In this document: positions 28,579-37,530 of the stretch, piece by piece
How the letters are laid out: each line of letters begins with the position of its first letter
Numbering within the stretch: the stretch's first letter is position 1
Assembly (NCBI GenBank): GCA_017962765.1
Contig: JAGCUP010000008.1
Span: 1 to 61,192 of the forward strand
Origin: Muribaculaceae bacterium
Lineage (GTDB): Bacteria > Bacteroidota > Bacteroidia > Bacteroidales > Muribaculaceae
DNA: 61,192 bases
Direction of reading: 5' to 3'
Notes under the pieces: generated by a model
Databases searched by the model: none
Told to the model about the DNA's origin: nothing
The model's input: the letters and a program-made list of their open reading frames with translations, nothing else
Translations under genes and position numbers: made by a program

Positions 28579-28716
28579 TTAGCTTTGAGCTTTTAGCTTT
28601 GAGTTGTGAGGTTGATGTACGAGACTTCAATTTCCGAGCAAAGCTCGCCTACCCGTAGCCTTTCTCGCACTACACCGACATGCTCACGGCTCACAGCTCA
28701 CGGCTCGCAGCTCAAT
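28579..28716. repeat. Inverted heptamer arrays bracketing a REP-like hairpin
   Basis: (TKAGCTT-like)x5 at 28579-28613; stem GTACGAGA...TCTCGCAC with an inner CGAGCAAAGCTCG hairpin; (GCTCAnn)x5 at 28682-28716. Confidence 0.8.
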
Positions 28717-30037
28717 GGATTTTCACGCGGGCGCGTGCTATGCGGTACTTTTTGATTTTTGCGGCGGTGAAATCGCAACCGGCGTAGCTCACCGTCTCCT
28801 TCTCCTCGAGGAACTCGCCCTTGATGGCCAGCATGAGTCCCGCCACGGTTTCGGCCTCGTCGCGCAAGTCGTCGAAGTCCTTTTCGTCGAGTCCGGTGAC
28901 CTCAAAGAAGTCGTCGAGCGGCGTTTTTCCGTCGAACATGAAAGTCTCGTTGTCGATGCGTGTGTAGAACTTTTCCTCGGTGTCGTACTCGTCGTCGATG
29001 TCGCCCACGATTTCCTCCAGCACGTCTTCCATGGTGGCGATGCCCTGGGTGCAGCCAAACTCGTCGACGACGACCGCCATGTGGATTTTTCTCTTGCGGA
29101 AGTCCTCGAGCAGGTCGTCAATCATGCGGTTCTCGGGCACGTAATAGACAGGGCGCAGCAGCGACGTCCACGAGAAGCTGTTGTCGCGCTTGCCGATATA
29201 GGGCAGCAGGTCCTTGGCATAGAGGATGCCGCGCACGTCATCGTCGCCGTCACCATACACCGGCATGCGCGAGTAACCATGTTCCACGATTACTTTCACC
29301 ACCTCGTCGAAGTTGGCCTCGGCGCTCAGCGCCACCACATCGACGCGCGGTGTCATGATTTCGTTCACCGTCTTGTCGCAGAAACGCAGGATGCCTTCGA
29401 GCAGGCCCTTGTCGTCGTCGCTTGCCACGTCGCTCTTTTCGAGGGCCACGCTCAGGTCGTCCATGGTGATGTCGTCGGCGCGCGGCGACACGGCGCGGCC
29501 CACGATGCGCGTGCTGCGCACCATGAGTTTCGACAGCGGCCCCAGCATCGCGCTCATGGCCTGAAGACCGGGCGCAGTGAACAGTGCGAACTTGACGTTG
29601 TTGTTGCTGGCGTAGAGCTTGGGGATGACCTCGCCGAAGAGCAGGATGAGGAAGGTGAGCACCACCGTCTGCACGATGAACTCGGCCACCACGCTGTTGA
29701 AGTGCAGCATCTGGCTCAATGCGAAGTGCAACATCACGATAATCATGATGTTCACCAGGTTGTTGCCGATGAGGATGGTGGCCAGCAGGCGCTCGGGGGC
29801 ACGCAACAAGGTCTCGATGCGCGAGCGCTTGCGCTCATCGTCGATGCTTGCGATTTGTTCGCGTGTGAGCGAGAAAAAGGCCAGCTCGCTGCCCGAGTTA
29901 TACGCCGAGAAGGACAATCCCAGCAAGGCCACGATAATTGCCACTATGCTCCCCCAGTTGGGAGCTTGAAATGCGATTGCCGGCTGTTGTGCCAGCATTG
30001 TCGCCAATAATTGATACGGTAAAGGGTCGGGATCCAA
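28712..30037 (-). CDS. gldE: Gliding-motility-associated protein GldE (CNNM-CBS-CorC)
   Basis: MDPDP start, SGSELAFFSL, LATILIGNNLVN, LFGEVIPK, IMTPRVDV, YSRMPVY, VVVDEFGCTQGIATMEDVLEEIVGDIDDEYD. Confidence 0.92.
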   Translation of the reverse strand: MDPDPLPYQLLATMLAQQPAIAFQAPNWGSIVAIIVALLGLSFSAYNSGSELAFFSLTREQIASIDDERKRSRIETLLRAPERLLATILIGNNLVNIMIIVMLHFALSQMLHFNSVVAEFIVQTVVLTFLILLFGEVIPKLYASNNNVKFALFTAPGLQAMSAMLGPLSKLMVRSTRIVGRAVSPRADDITMDDLSVALEKSDVASDDDKGLLEGILRFCDKTVNEIMTPRVDVVALSAEANFDEVVKVIVEHGYSRMPVYGDGDDDVRGILYAKDLLPYIGKRDNSFSWTSLLRPVYYVPENRMIDDLLEDFRKRKIHMAVVVDEFGCTQGIATMEDVLEEIVGDIDDEYDTEEKFYTRIDNETFMFDGKTPLDDFFEVTGLDEKDFDDLRDEAETVAGLMLAIKGEFLEEKETVSYAGCDFTAAKIKKYRIARARVKIH

Positions 30038-30244
30038 AATCTCTTGTTTTAGTTACACTTAACCCGCGCGGCTTTAGCTGCCGGGCCATTGACTGCCGCA
30101 AAGGTAATACTTTTCGTTGATTCCTGCAAATCTGGCGGGCGTGTGTGATAATTTAAGTTAAAAAGGGCGGTGTAGAGGGGCTTTTGTTGGGTTGTTTGCG
30201 AAAAAAACGCTATCTTTGCATAAAATTTATAACTTAGGTATAAT

Positions 30245-31060
30245 ATGGACTTGAATAAAGTGTTGTTCATCACCCAGGAGATTGCGCCCTACTTGCCTGA
30301 GACACCCATGTCGGTGTTCACGCGCGAGCTGGCGCAGGGCGTGCAGGAAAAAGGTGTCGAGGTGCGCACCTTTTCGCCCAAATATGGTGCCATCAATGAG
30401 CGCCGCAACCAGTTGCACGAGGTCATCCGGCTCTCGGGTATGAACCTGATTATCGACGACACCGACCATCCGCTCATCATCAAGGTGGCCACCTTGCAGC
30501 CTTCGCGTCTGCAGGTTTACTTTATATATAATGAGGACTACTTCGAGAAACTTGTCACTAAGACCTTGGAGACCGAATCAAGCCCCGAGGACAATGACGA
30601 GCGCAGCATCTTCTACGTGCGCGGCGTGCTCGAGACGGTGAAGAAGTTGCGGTGGATGCCGCCCATTATCCAGTGCAGCGGCCTGATTACTTCGCTGGCC
30701 CCGTTGTATATCAAGAAGTTCTATGGCGACGATCCCTCGTTCCGCGATACCCGCGTGGTATATGCGCTGCACGGCGATGCGTTTCCTCAGCCCCTCGATG
30801 TGCGTCTGGCCGAGAAACTGGTGCAGGACGGCATTGACGACAAGTACCTCAAGGCTATTGCCGGAAAGGGTGCCGACACGCTGGCGCTGACGCGCTTGGC
30901 GCTCGAGCACAGCGACGCCGTGGTACAGTGCACGCCGGTGCTCAGCCCTGAGGTCCTCGAGTTGGTGAAAAAGTCGAAGTTGCCTTTCCTGCCCTATGAG
31001 GAGAGCGACGACACCACCGCGCTCGTCGACCGTTATTTGGAGTTCTACCAAACGCTGTAG
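30245..31060 (+). CDS. Short glycogen/starch synthase-like protein (GT5 N-terminal domain)
   Basis: VLFITQEIAPYLPE, PKYGAINERRNQLHEVIRLSGMNLIIDDTDHPLIIKVA, DNDERSIF; usual Bacteroidota neighbour of DUF4270. Confidence 0.88.
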   Translation: MDLNKVLFITQEIAPYLPETPMSVFTRELAQGVQEKGVEVRTFSPKYGAINERRNQLHEVIRLSGMNLIIDDTDHPLIIKVATLQPSRLQVYFIYNEDYFEKLVTKTLETESSPEDNDERSIFYVRGVLETVKKLRWMPPIIQCSGLITSLAPLYIKKFYGDDPSFRDTRVVYALHGDAFPQPLDVRLAEKLVQDGIDDKYLKAIAGKGADTLALTRLALEHSDAVVQCTPVLSPEVLELVKKSKLPFLPYEESDDTTALVDRYLEFYQTL

Positions 31061-31083
31061 TAAAAAATCACGAAATTCCACTC

Positions 31084-32448
31084 ATGCGTAATTTTATCAT
31101 AGTCATGGCCTCGTTTGCCATGCTGCTTGCGACGGCCTCGTGTGTCGACGACACCATAGGCTCGTCGCTGCTCGACAGCCAGACGGCACTTATCGAAGAT
31201 TCCTCATTCACCCTCACCGGCAGCACGATTGCCAACCACCACTTGCGCTCGCGTAGCACCAAGCAGCTCATTGGCATCGTCAACTCGCCGGGCTACGGCA
31301 CTCTGGAGAGCGACGTCGTGACCCAGTTCATGCCGGCTCTTGAGCTTGAGGACGACGACGTGACCGTTGAGACCATTGATTCGTGCCGCCTCTCGCTGTA
31401 TATCTCCACCGGCGACTTCACCGGCGACTCCATCGTGCCCATGCGCATGACGGCCTATGCGCTCACCAAGTCGCTGCCCAACCCCATCTATAGCGACTTC
31501 GACCCCACGGGCTACTACGACCCGTCGGCACCGCTGGGTTCGGCCACCTATAGCGCCAACGCCCTGCAGCAGAGCGATTCGGTGCAGTCGTTGGGTTACC
31601 GTTGCGTGGTGATTCCGCTTCCCGTAGAGCTTGCGCGCTCGATGTTCGAGGAATACCACAACAACCCCGCGACGTTCAACTCGCCCACGGCATTCGCACA
31701 GTTCTTCCCGGGCATCTACCTGACCAACACCTACGGCCAAGGCCATGTGATGAACTTTAAGGCCACGCAGCTCGATGTTTATTACCACAAGGCGTCGGAA
31801 CCCGGCACGGCCCTCGCCCAGGTATATATGACGGCTACACCCGAGGTGGTGTATAACAACAATATCAAGCTCACCTTTGACCCCGCCGTGCAGCAGATGG
31901 TCGATGATGGCGAGGCGCTTGTCATGGGCCCCGCCGGCCTCGAGGCGCAGCTACGCTTCCCCATCCAAGACATTGTGGATAATTACCGTGCGCGCTCTAA
32001 AAACGGCCTGGCCGTCATCAACTCCCTGGAGTTCACGTTGCCCGTCGAGGAGGTGGAAAACCGTTGGGGCGTGGCGCCTCCCACCCACCTGTTGCTGGTG
32101 AAGAGCGCGAAGAAGGACGAGTTCTTCGAGGCCGACACGCTCACCGACAACAAGGATTCGTTCTATGCCGAGTATGACCCGGTGACGCAGTCCTACACTT
32201 TCAACGACATGCGCGCCTACCTGCTCGACATCCTCAACAACAAGAACGGTGTGGCTGCCGATGAGGATATGTTCCTCACACTCACGCCCATCGATGTCAC
32301 CACCTACACCGCCCAGTCCAGCTATTACACGACAGCCACCACCACCGTCACCAAGATAGCTCCGGCGGTCTCAAAACCATCGATAGCGAGAATTTTGCTA
32401 AAAAAAGCTAAAATTAAGCTAACTTTTAGCCGACAATTCATAGAATAG
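31084..32448 (+). CDS. DUF4270-family lipoprotein
   Basis: Lipobox ATASC-VDDTIGSSL, GTLESDVVTQF, FFPGIYL; directly downstream of the short GT5 gene. Confidence 0.75.
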   Translation: MRNFIIVMASFAMLLATASCVDDTIGSSLLDSQTALIEDSSFTLTGSTIANHHLRSRSTKQLIGIVNSPGYGTLESDVVTQFMPALELEDDDVTVETIDSCRLSLYISTGDFTGDSIVPMRMTAYALTKSLPNPIYSDFDPTGYYDPSAPLGSATYSANALQQSDSVQSLGYRCVVIPLPVELARSMFEEYHNNPATFNSPTAFAQFFPGIYLTNTYGQGHVMNFKATQLDVYYHKASEPGTALAQVYMTATPEVVYNNNIKLTFDPAVQQMVDDGEALVMGPAGLEAQLRFPIQDIVDNYRARSKNGLAVINSLEFTLPVEEVENRWGVAPPTHLLLVKSAKKDEFFEADTLTDNKDSFYAEYDPVTQSYTFNDMRAYLLDILNNKNGVAADEDMFLTLTPIDVTTYTAQSSYYTTATTTVTKIAPAVSKPSIARILLKKAKIKLTFSRQFIE

Positions 32449-32501
32449 TTGTATCTTTGCACCGCTTTTGAAAAAGCGGCCGCCACAAGGGCGGTTCACA
32501 G

Positions 32502-32574
32502 GCCACAATAGCTCAGTCGGTAGAGCATTGCATTCGTAACGCAAAGGTCGTCGGTTCAAGTCCGACTTGTGGCT
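32502..32574 (+). tRNA. tRNA-Thr(CGT)
   Basis: Acceptor stem GCCACAA/TTGTGGC, D arm AGCTCAGTCGGTAGAGC, anticodon loop TTCGTAA, T arm GTCGGTTCAAGTCCGAC. TATCTTTG -7 box at 32452-32459. Confidence 0.97.
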
Positions 32575-32575
32575 C

Positions 32576-32614
32576 AAAGCGGGCTGTTAGTCATTTGATT
32601 AACAGCCCGCTTTT
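32576..32614. terminator. Bidirectional intrinsic terminator
   Basis: AAAGCGGGCTGTTAGTCA-TT-TGATTAACAGCCCGCTTTT, between the tRNA and the convergent small gene. Confidence 0.85.
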
Positions 32615-32638
32615 GATGCGTGTGACATGCCTTGGCGG

Positions 32639-32974
32639 CTATCGTGCGAGGGGTGGCAGCACGCGTCGCAGGGCGGCAAGCACGCGGTCGATATTTTTCT
32701 GGCCCTTTCCCCAGTCGATGATGGTGGTGGCAACTGCCGGCACGCTGGAGATGTGAATGCGCGTGTGGTTCGGGTCAAGGAATTGGCACTGGATGGTCAC
32801 GGTCTCTCCCCACGACCAGAGCGAGGCACTTGACTTGAGCACCACCGAGCCTGGTTGCTGGAAGTGGCTGAAGTTCAACCCTTCAACCGATCGCGAGATG
32901 GACATTACCCTTTCAAGGACGGTGTTCACATTGAGTGGATACACAAATTCATGATGTTTATCGATGAGTGACAT
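32639..32974 (-). CDS. Small hypothetical protein (111 aa)
   Basis: Own TACCTTTG -7 box near 33001-33008 and an AT-rich leader. SLWSWGETVTI and DWGKGQKNI look like conserved motifs. Confidence 0.7.
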   Translation of the reverse strand: MSLIDKHHEFVYPLNVNTVLERVMSISRSVEGLNFSHFQQPGSVVLKSSASLWSWGETVTIQCQFLDPNHTRIHISSVPAVATTIIDWGKGQKNIDRVLAALRRVLPPLAR

Positions 32975-33137
32975 AGTGAGTAAAGTTTTGTTGGTTACCG
33001 CAAAGGTAACATTTTTTTATTATAAATGAATGATTTATTTGCGGGTTTGGAGATTTTTACTTTTCTTTGCCGAGAATTAAGATGCCGTGTGCGGCAATTT
33101 GCAATATTAACATAACCTTACCTAACAACTATTTTTT

Positions 33138-34523
33138 ATGACCAAAAAAATTACTCTTGTCGTGCTGGCCGCGGCAACATTGTGTTGCTTTGCCTCCAGC
33201 GCTTCACCTGTGAAAATTAAAGGCGTTTACAACAACAACCGTTACGATGACCACAGCGACCACTGGTATAGCACCTATGTGGGCTGGAACAGTAATCTGG
33301 GCAAGGCAATTTTCATTGTGGAAAATGGCATCTATGTGATGGATGTGGATGACTATTCGGTGAGTACCCCCGAGAAAGACCCCGCCGTGAACAAAGATGA
33401 TTTCTATGCTAACGGACAGTTTACCGACGACGAAAAAGCGTTATGGGCCAATAACTTTAACTTGATGTATGGCAACTCGGGTGCCGTTATGGCGAATAAC
33501 GTTATCACTACGGTGACCTCGAGAACCGAATCGGAAGGGGTGGACTCAACCAATATCTTTGCTGTGCGCAAGTGGGACGCCACCACTGGTGACCTGCTTA
33601 ACGCCCCCGACGACTACTATCCTGCCAAAGCCTGCCTCGAATCGGCCGGCATGTGCCTCAACCCCGTTGACGGCAAGGTGTATGGCTTGTTCTACCTCAC
33701 GGCCCAAGACCTTCCCGAAGAGATTGTGAACGACCCCGACTTTTTCGTCGACAGTGATGGCGACGCTACCAGCACCGATGCGGGCTACTGCGTCTGCACC
33801 ATCGACCTCGAGACGATGACGATCACTCCCATCACCCCCGGACTGTACTATGGCAACTATGTCACTTTCGCCATCAACAGCGAGGGCCGCGCCTTTGCCA
33901 TGACGAGCGGCGGCTCTGCGGGCTATGAGGGTGATGACGGCAAGATGTACAACTTGAATGGAGAGCTTACCGGAGCCACCCTGTGCGAGTTCGACCTCAG
34001 CACCGGACTCATGCTCACCATTCCTGAGATTTTCGTCGACCCCGAGACGGGAGAGGATTATACCGAGAATGTGAACATTTATTCCCCTACGGGCTATTGC
34101 TCGCAGGTCCACCGCCAGAGCGCTTGCTTCAGCAAGAAAGACCCCAGCAAGATGTACTGGAATGGTTTCTATAACAGCGGCAAGGGCTTTAACGAGTATG
34201 GCAGTTGGACCACACTTTCCGATCGTGATTGGAAGACGAACGGCAAGTATGACACCGCCCTCTATGAGGTGAACGTGAACACCGGCGAGGCCACGCGCAT
34301 CGCTAAGATTGACAACCGCTTCACCTTCTCGTGCATGTGGGTGGTGGAAGATGCCGTTGCTGGCGATGTGAATGGTGACGGCGTGTTGAGCGGTGCCGAC
34401 GTGACGGCCCTCTACAACAAGCTGCTTGACGATGTCGATCCCGCCGGCAATCCCGACGTGAACGGCGACAATGTGGTCAGCGGCTCCGACGTGACCGCCC
34501 TTTACAACCTTTTGCTCAATTAG
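33138..34523 (+). CDS. Secreted beta-rich (propeller-like) protein with C-terminal dockerin-like double repeat
   Basis: Signal peptide. C-terminus GDVNGDGVLSGADVTALYNKLL...DVNGDNVVSGSDVTALYNLLLN (34362-34520). Confidence 0.8.
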   Translation: MTKKITLVVLAAATLCCFASSASPVKIKGVYNNNRYDDHSDHWYSTYVGWNSNLGKAIFIVENGIYVMDVDDYSVSTPEKDPAVNKDDFYANGQFTDDEKALWANNFNLMYGNSGAVMANNVITTVTSRTESEGVDSTNIFAVRKWDATTGDLLNAPDDYYPAKACLESAGMCLNPVDGKVYGLFYLTAQDLPEEIVNDPDFFVDSDGDATSTDAGYCVCTIDLETMTITPITPGLYYGNYVTFAINSEGRAFAMTSGGSAGYEGDDGKMYNLNGELTGATLCEFDLSTGLMLTIPEIFVDPETGEDYTENVNIYSPTGYCSQVHRQSACFSKKDPSKMYWNGFYNSGKGFNEYGSWTTLSDRDWKTNGKYDTALYEVNVNTGEATRIAKIDNRFTFSCMWVVEDAVAGDVNGDGVLSGADVTALYNKLLDDVDPAGNPDVNGDNVVSGSDVTALYNLLLN

Positions 34524-34541
34524 GAATTAGGAATTAGGAAT
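34521..34541. repeat. (TAGGAAT)x3
   Basis: Begins with the TAG stop of the upstream gene. Confidence 0.8.
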
Positions 34542-34567
34542 TTAGTACAAAGCATATCGTTTTACGA

Positions 34568-34606
34568 GGGACGAGGGCCGCTTGCCGGCTCTCGTCCCGT
34601 TGTTTC
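34568..34606 (+). terminator. Probable intrinsic terminator
   Basis: GGGACGAGGGCCG-CTTGC-CGGCTCTCGTCCC-GTTGTTT. Confidence 0.7.
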
Positions 34607-34881
34607 ACGCAGGCCGTTTTACTTGGATTTTGCGCACAAAGACCTAAAGTACAAAAAGGAACCTTCGCGTTCAGACATCGATTCTCGCCACGCCCTCCTG
34701 ATGGCAAATTTCAACAATTTCATCAATGATTATTTGTGCCCGGAGTGAAGAATGTTGCCGATGAGAATGTAACGTATAATCATAGCCTGCTGTGTTGGGA
34801 GGTATATACTTAAACTTTGTTAATGGGTGTTTACTTTGTGGTGGTTTTTTCGTTTTATTAGCAAAGATACTCATATTTAGG

Positions 34882-35397
34882 ATGGAGCAAAGTGAATTTG
34901 AGCGAAAAGCCAAGGTGTGGCGAAATTTGGCCTACGAGACAGGGCTGGCGTATGGCGCAGACCCCGACGAGGCCGAGGATGTCGCTCAGGACACATTGCT
35001 GAAACTGTGGGCACTGCATGATGAGCTCGAACGATATCAGTCGGTGATAGGACTAACGCGGGTGATAGCGCGCAACCTGACCATAGATCTGCGTCGCAAT
35101 CAACGCACCATTCGTCTTGACGAGCTTCCTTGCAACTTGCCAGCTTTTGACAAGTTTGCCGACAGTGACCTCATCAGCCGAGAGGAAGAGAACGCTCTTA
35201 ACCAACGGCTGTTGCAGTTGCCGCCCCGGCAGCACCAAGTACTGGTGATGCGACAGGTGGAACACCGCAGCTACAAGGAGATTGCCGCCCTGCTGGGAAT
35301 CGAGGTGAGCTCGGCCAAGGTACTGCTGTCGCGAGCGAGGAAATGGATATTGAATCAATGCATAATGCAAAATGGCTTGTTTACTGATGTTAGATGA
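34882..35397 (+). CDS. ECF RNA polymerase sigma-70 factor
   Basis: Region 2 DEAEDVAQDTLLKLW...RNLTIDLRR; region 4 LPPRQHQVLVMRQVEHRSYKEIAALLGIEVSSAKVLLSRARK. Confidence 0.92.
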   Translation: MEQSEFERKAKVWRNLAYETGLAYGADPDEAEDVAQDTLLKLWALHDELERYQSVIGLTRVIARNLTIDLRRNQRTIRLDELPCNLPAFDKFADSDLISREEENALNQRLLQLPPRQHQVLVMRQVEHRSYKEIAALLGIEVSSAKVLLSRARKWILNQCIMQNGLFTDVR

Positions 35398-36082
35398 ACG
35401 ATTGCATATTGAGGAACTGCTGAGGCGGTTTATGGAGGGCGAGACGACGCTCAACGAAGAGCGCTTCTTGGGCGATTGGCTTCGCACGCATGAGGTGGAC
35501 GACTCACTGAAGCCCTATCGGCGGATGTTTGCTGCCTTTGATGCGGGGCTGCCAATCCCCTCTGGCGAAGCAGAGCAGTTAACTCCACCCCTCACCCTAC
35601 CACATAGGGAAAAAGTGGGGGGGAAATTGAAACGTCACAACATGGTGTGGTGGCGCTGGGCAGCGGCAGCGGTCATTGCAGTACTGGTGGCACTGGGCGG
35701 TATCCGGTTGGCGAAACGGCCCGCGACATCTGCCGAACAACTACCAATTGTGGCAAGGGAAACGCCAAAGCCCGCTATTGACACTGTCGTTGAGAATGTC
35801 GATATGAAGCCTGCACTTGCCGAGGGCCGGACAGAAGCCGACAAATCAGCGGCACCTATTGTCGTCGCTACCACAAAGGCGGTGAAGGAGAAGCACGAGG
35901 CCGTAGCGTTATCCAATAAACAAGACAGCATAGAGGTGGTGCGCACAGCGGGTGACCTGGAACTTGCCGAGAGTGAGTTTCTTGCTGAGCAACAGGAACT
36001 GGAACGACAACTGCAAGAGCTGCAAGAGCAACGCTTGACAAGGCTAAGCGGTTGGCACTACACGTCCCTGCCTTGCGAATAG
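35387..36082 (+). CDS. Putative anti-sigma membrane protein
   Basis: IEELLRRFMEGETTLNEERFL N-terminus, single TM WWRWAAAAVIAVLVALGG; overlaps the end of the sigma gene. Confidence 0.75.
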   Translation: MLDERLHIEELLRRFMEGETTLNEERFLGDWLRTHEVDDSLKPYRRMFAAFDAGLPIPSGEAEQLTPPLTLPHREKVGGKLKRHNMVWWRWAAAAVIAVLVALGGIRLAKRPATSAEQLPIVARETPKPAIDTVVENVDMKPALAEGRTEADKSAAPIVVATTKAVKEKHEAVALSNKQDSIEVVRTAGDLELAESEFLAEQQELERQLQELQEQRLTRLSGWHYTSLPCE

Positions 36083-36153
36083 ATATAGCTTTCCTAACTT
36101 CCTAAAGTGGCAATTTTCACTATAACTATTAAATATTCAAACTATAACCGACA

Positions 36154-37161
36154 ATGAAAAAGATAATCATGTTTACACTGACGATGGCGATGGCCGTCAT
36201 GGTAATGGCACAGTCACATGTGCAGAACGCTTTTGAGTCGCTAAAGCAAAGTGGTTTCATCCACGCACGACGTACAAACCATAATTGGGGCGAGAATGGT
36301 GAGCGCACAGGCCTACTTGAGATTTATGAGTTCAAGACAAATACATCATCTGACCGCCGTGTGGTGCAGGAGTTGATTAACGCTTTTGCATCTGACAGCG
36401 AGGATGCTTACAGCTATGTGTCGCACCAGGCAGGTGGGGAACGACAGCGTTATGCCATCTATTATGACCGCGACAACAGTGAGATGATTGGTCGAAACAA
36501 GGATGACAACTATGTGTTGTTCAACGTAATGGATCCTGATGATGCAACTAACACCTACCGCTATTGCTACGCCCTGGAATGGCGCAGCACCGATGATGGT
36601 CAGCTGAAAGGCCGTGCATTGAAGACCTACGCACCCAAACCAACCAAGTCAAGCAAGTCGTTTGCCTGGCGTCGGGGCGAGCGAAAATTGGGAAGCGTCA
36701 GCATCCCACAGGGCGACGGCAAGAACTACACGCTGGAACTAGACAGTCTGGTGGGTGGTGTGCTGGACAAAACGTTTAAGGGGCTTGGAGAACTTGAAGG
36801 CTTAGATGATTTGGGAGAACTGGTAGATGATTTGGGAGAACTGGAGGGCTTGCGGGACTTGAAAGACCGCATCATCGTGTTGTCAAATGACGACGACACT
36901 GACGAGCTTGCTGACGATGTGGAGTGGCTCACCTCATTTAACCACTACCGTAATGCGTTCAAGCGTGCGGCAGCAAAGGAAAGTAGCACGATGGCATCGT
37001 ATGCGACCTCGATTTTGAAGCTGTGCAAGAATGCCAAGAAGGTGCATCTCACTGATGGCGAACTGAATTTGTGCCGCAAGAGTATCAAGGAAATGCAGAA
37101 GATGACAAAGGACAGCTTTGTTAAAGGTTTGCTCGACGAAGCGATTACGAACTTGCGGTAA
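36154..37161 (+). CDS. Exported hypothetical protein of the ECF cassette
   Basis: Signal peptide MKKIIMFTLTMAMAVMVMA; acidic LGEL(E/V)(G/D) repeats. Confidence 0.75.
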   Translation: MKKIIMFTLTMAMAVMVMAQSHVQNAFESLKQSGFIHARRTNHNWGENGERTGLLEIYEFKTNTSSDRRVVQELINAFASDSEDAYSYVSHQAGGERQRYAIYYDRDNSEMIGRNKDDNYVLFNVMDPDDATNTYRYCYALEWRSTDDGQLKGRALKTYAPKPTKSSKSFAWRRGERKLGSVSIPQGDGKNYTLELDSLVGGVLDKTFKGLGELEGLDDLGELVDDLGELEGLRDLKDRIIVLSNDDDTDELADDVEWLTSFNHYRNAFKRAAAKESSTMASYATSILKLCKNAKKVHLTDGELNLCRKSIKEMQKMTKDSFVKGLLDEAITNLR

Positions 37162-37323
37162 CCAGTCAAACCGGTTATAGCACCATTCAAGATGTTTTTT
37201 TGTCCAGAATCTGTCATCAGACCTGGATTGGGTATCCTTTGCCCTAATAATTGATTTAAGGTTAATTATAGCAAAACAACAAACTTCACAATTTCATTTT
37301 TTAATGATTGGTGGGACCCACTC

Positions 37324-37364
37324 TCACTGGCGGCTCATGTGAATGCTCCGCCAGTGATTCTTTT
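37324..37364 (+). terminator. Probable intrinsic terminator
   Basis: TCACTGGCGG-14nt-CCGCCAGTGA-TTCTTTT. Confidence 0.7.
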
Positions 37365-37530
37365 GTGTGAGGCTTCGCCAGGCAATGGCCATCTTGTTGA
37401 TTATGTTGCGTAGTGTTGCTGGCGCGGGAGGTGATTTTTATGGGGTGAAAAGGCGGTTTTTTTTGGTGGTTAGGACAATTTTGTTTATTTTTGTAGGTTT
37501 TAATGACATAACAAGAAAAACTAGATAGAG

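Noticed and set aside
28712-30037. gldE as evidence of gliding motility
   Set aside because: GldE is a CNNM/CorC-type protein that is also conserved in non-motile Bacteroidales.
30245-31060. Short glycogen synthase as a truncated pseudogene
   Set aside because: This single-domain form upstream of DUF4270 is the usual Bacteroidota arrangement, and the ORF ends cleanly.
32502-37400. Integrative element at tRNA-Thr
   Set aside because: No integrase and no duplicated tRNA 3' end was seen downstream, and the tRNA terminator is intact.
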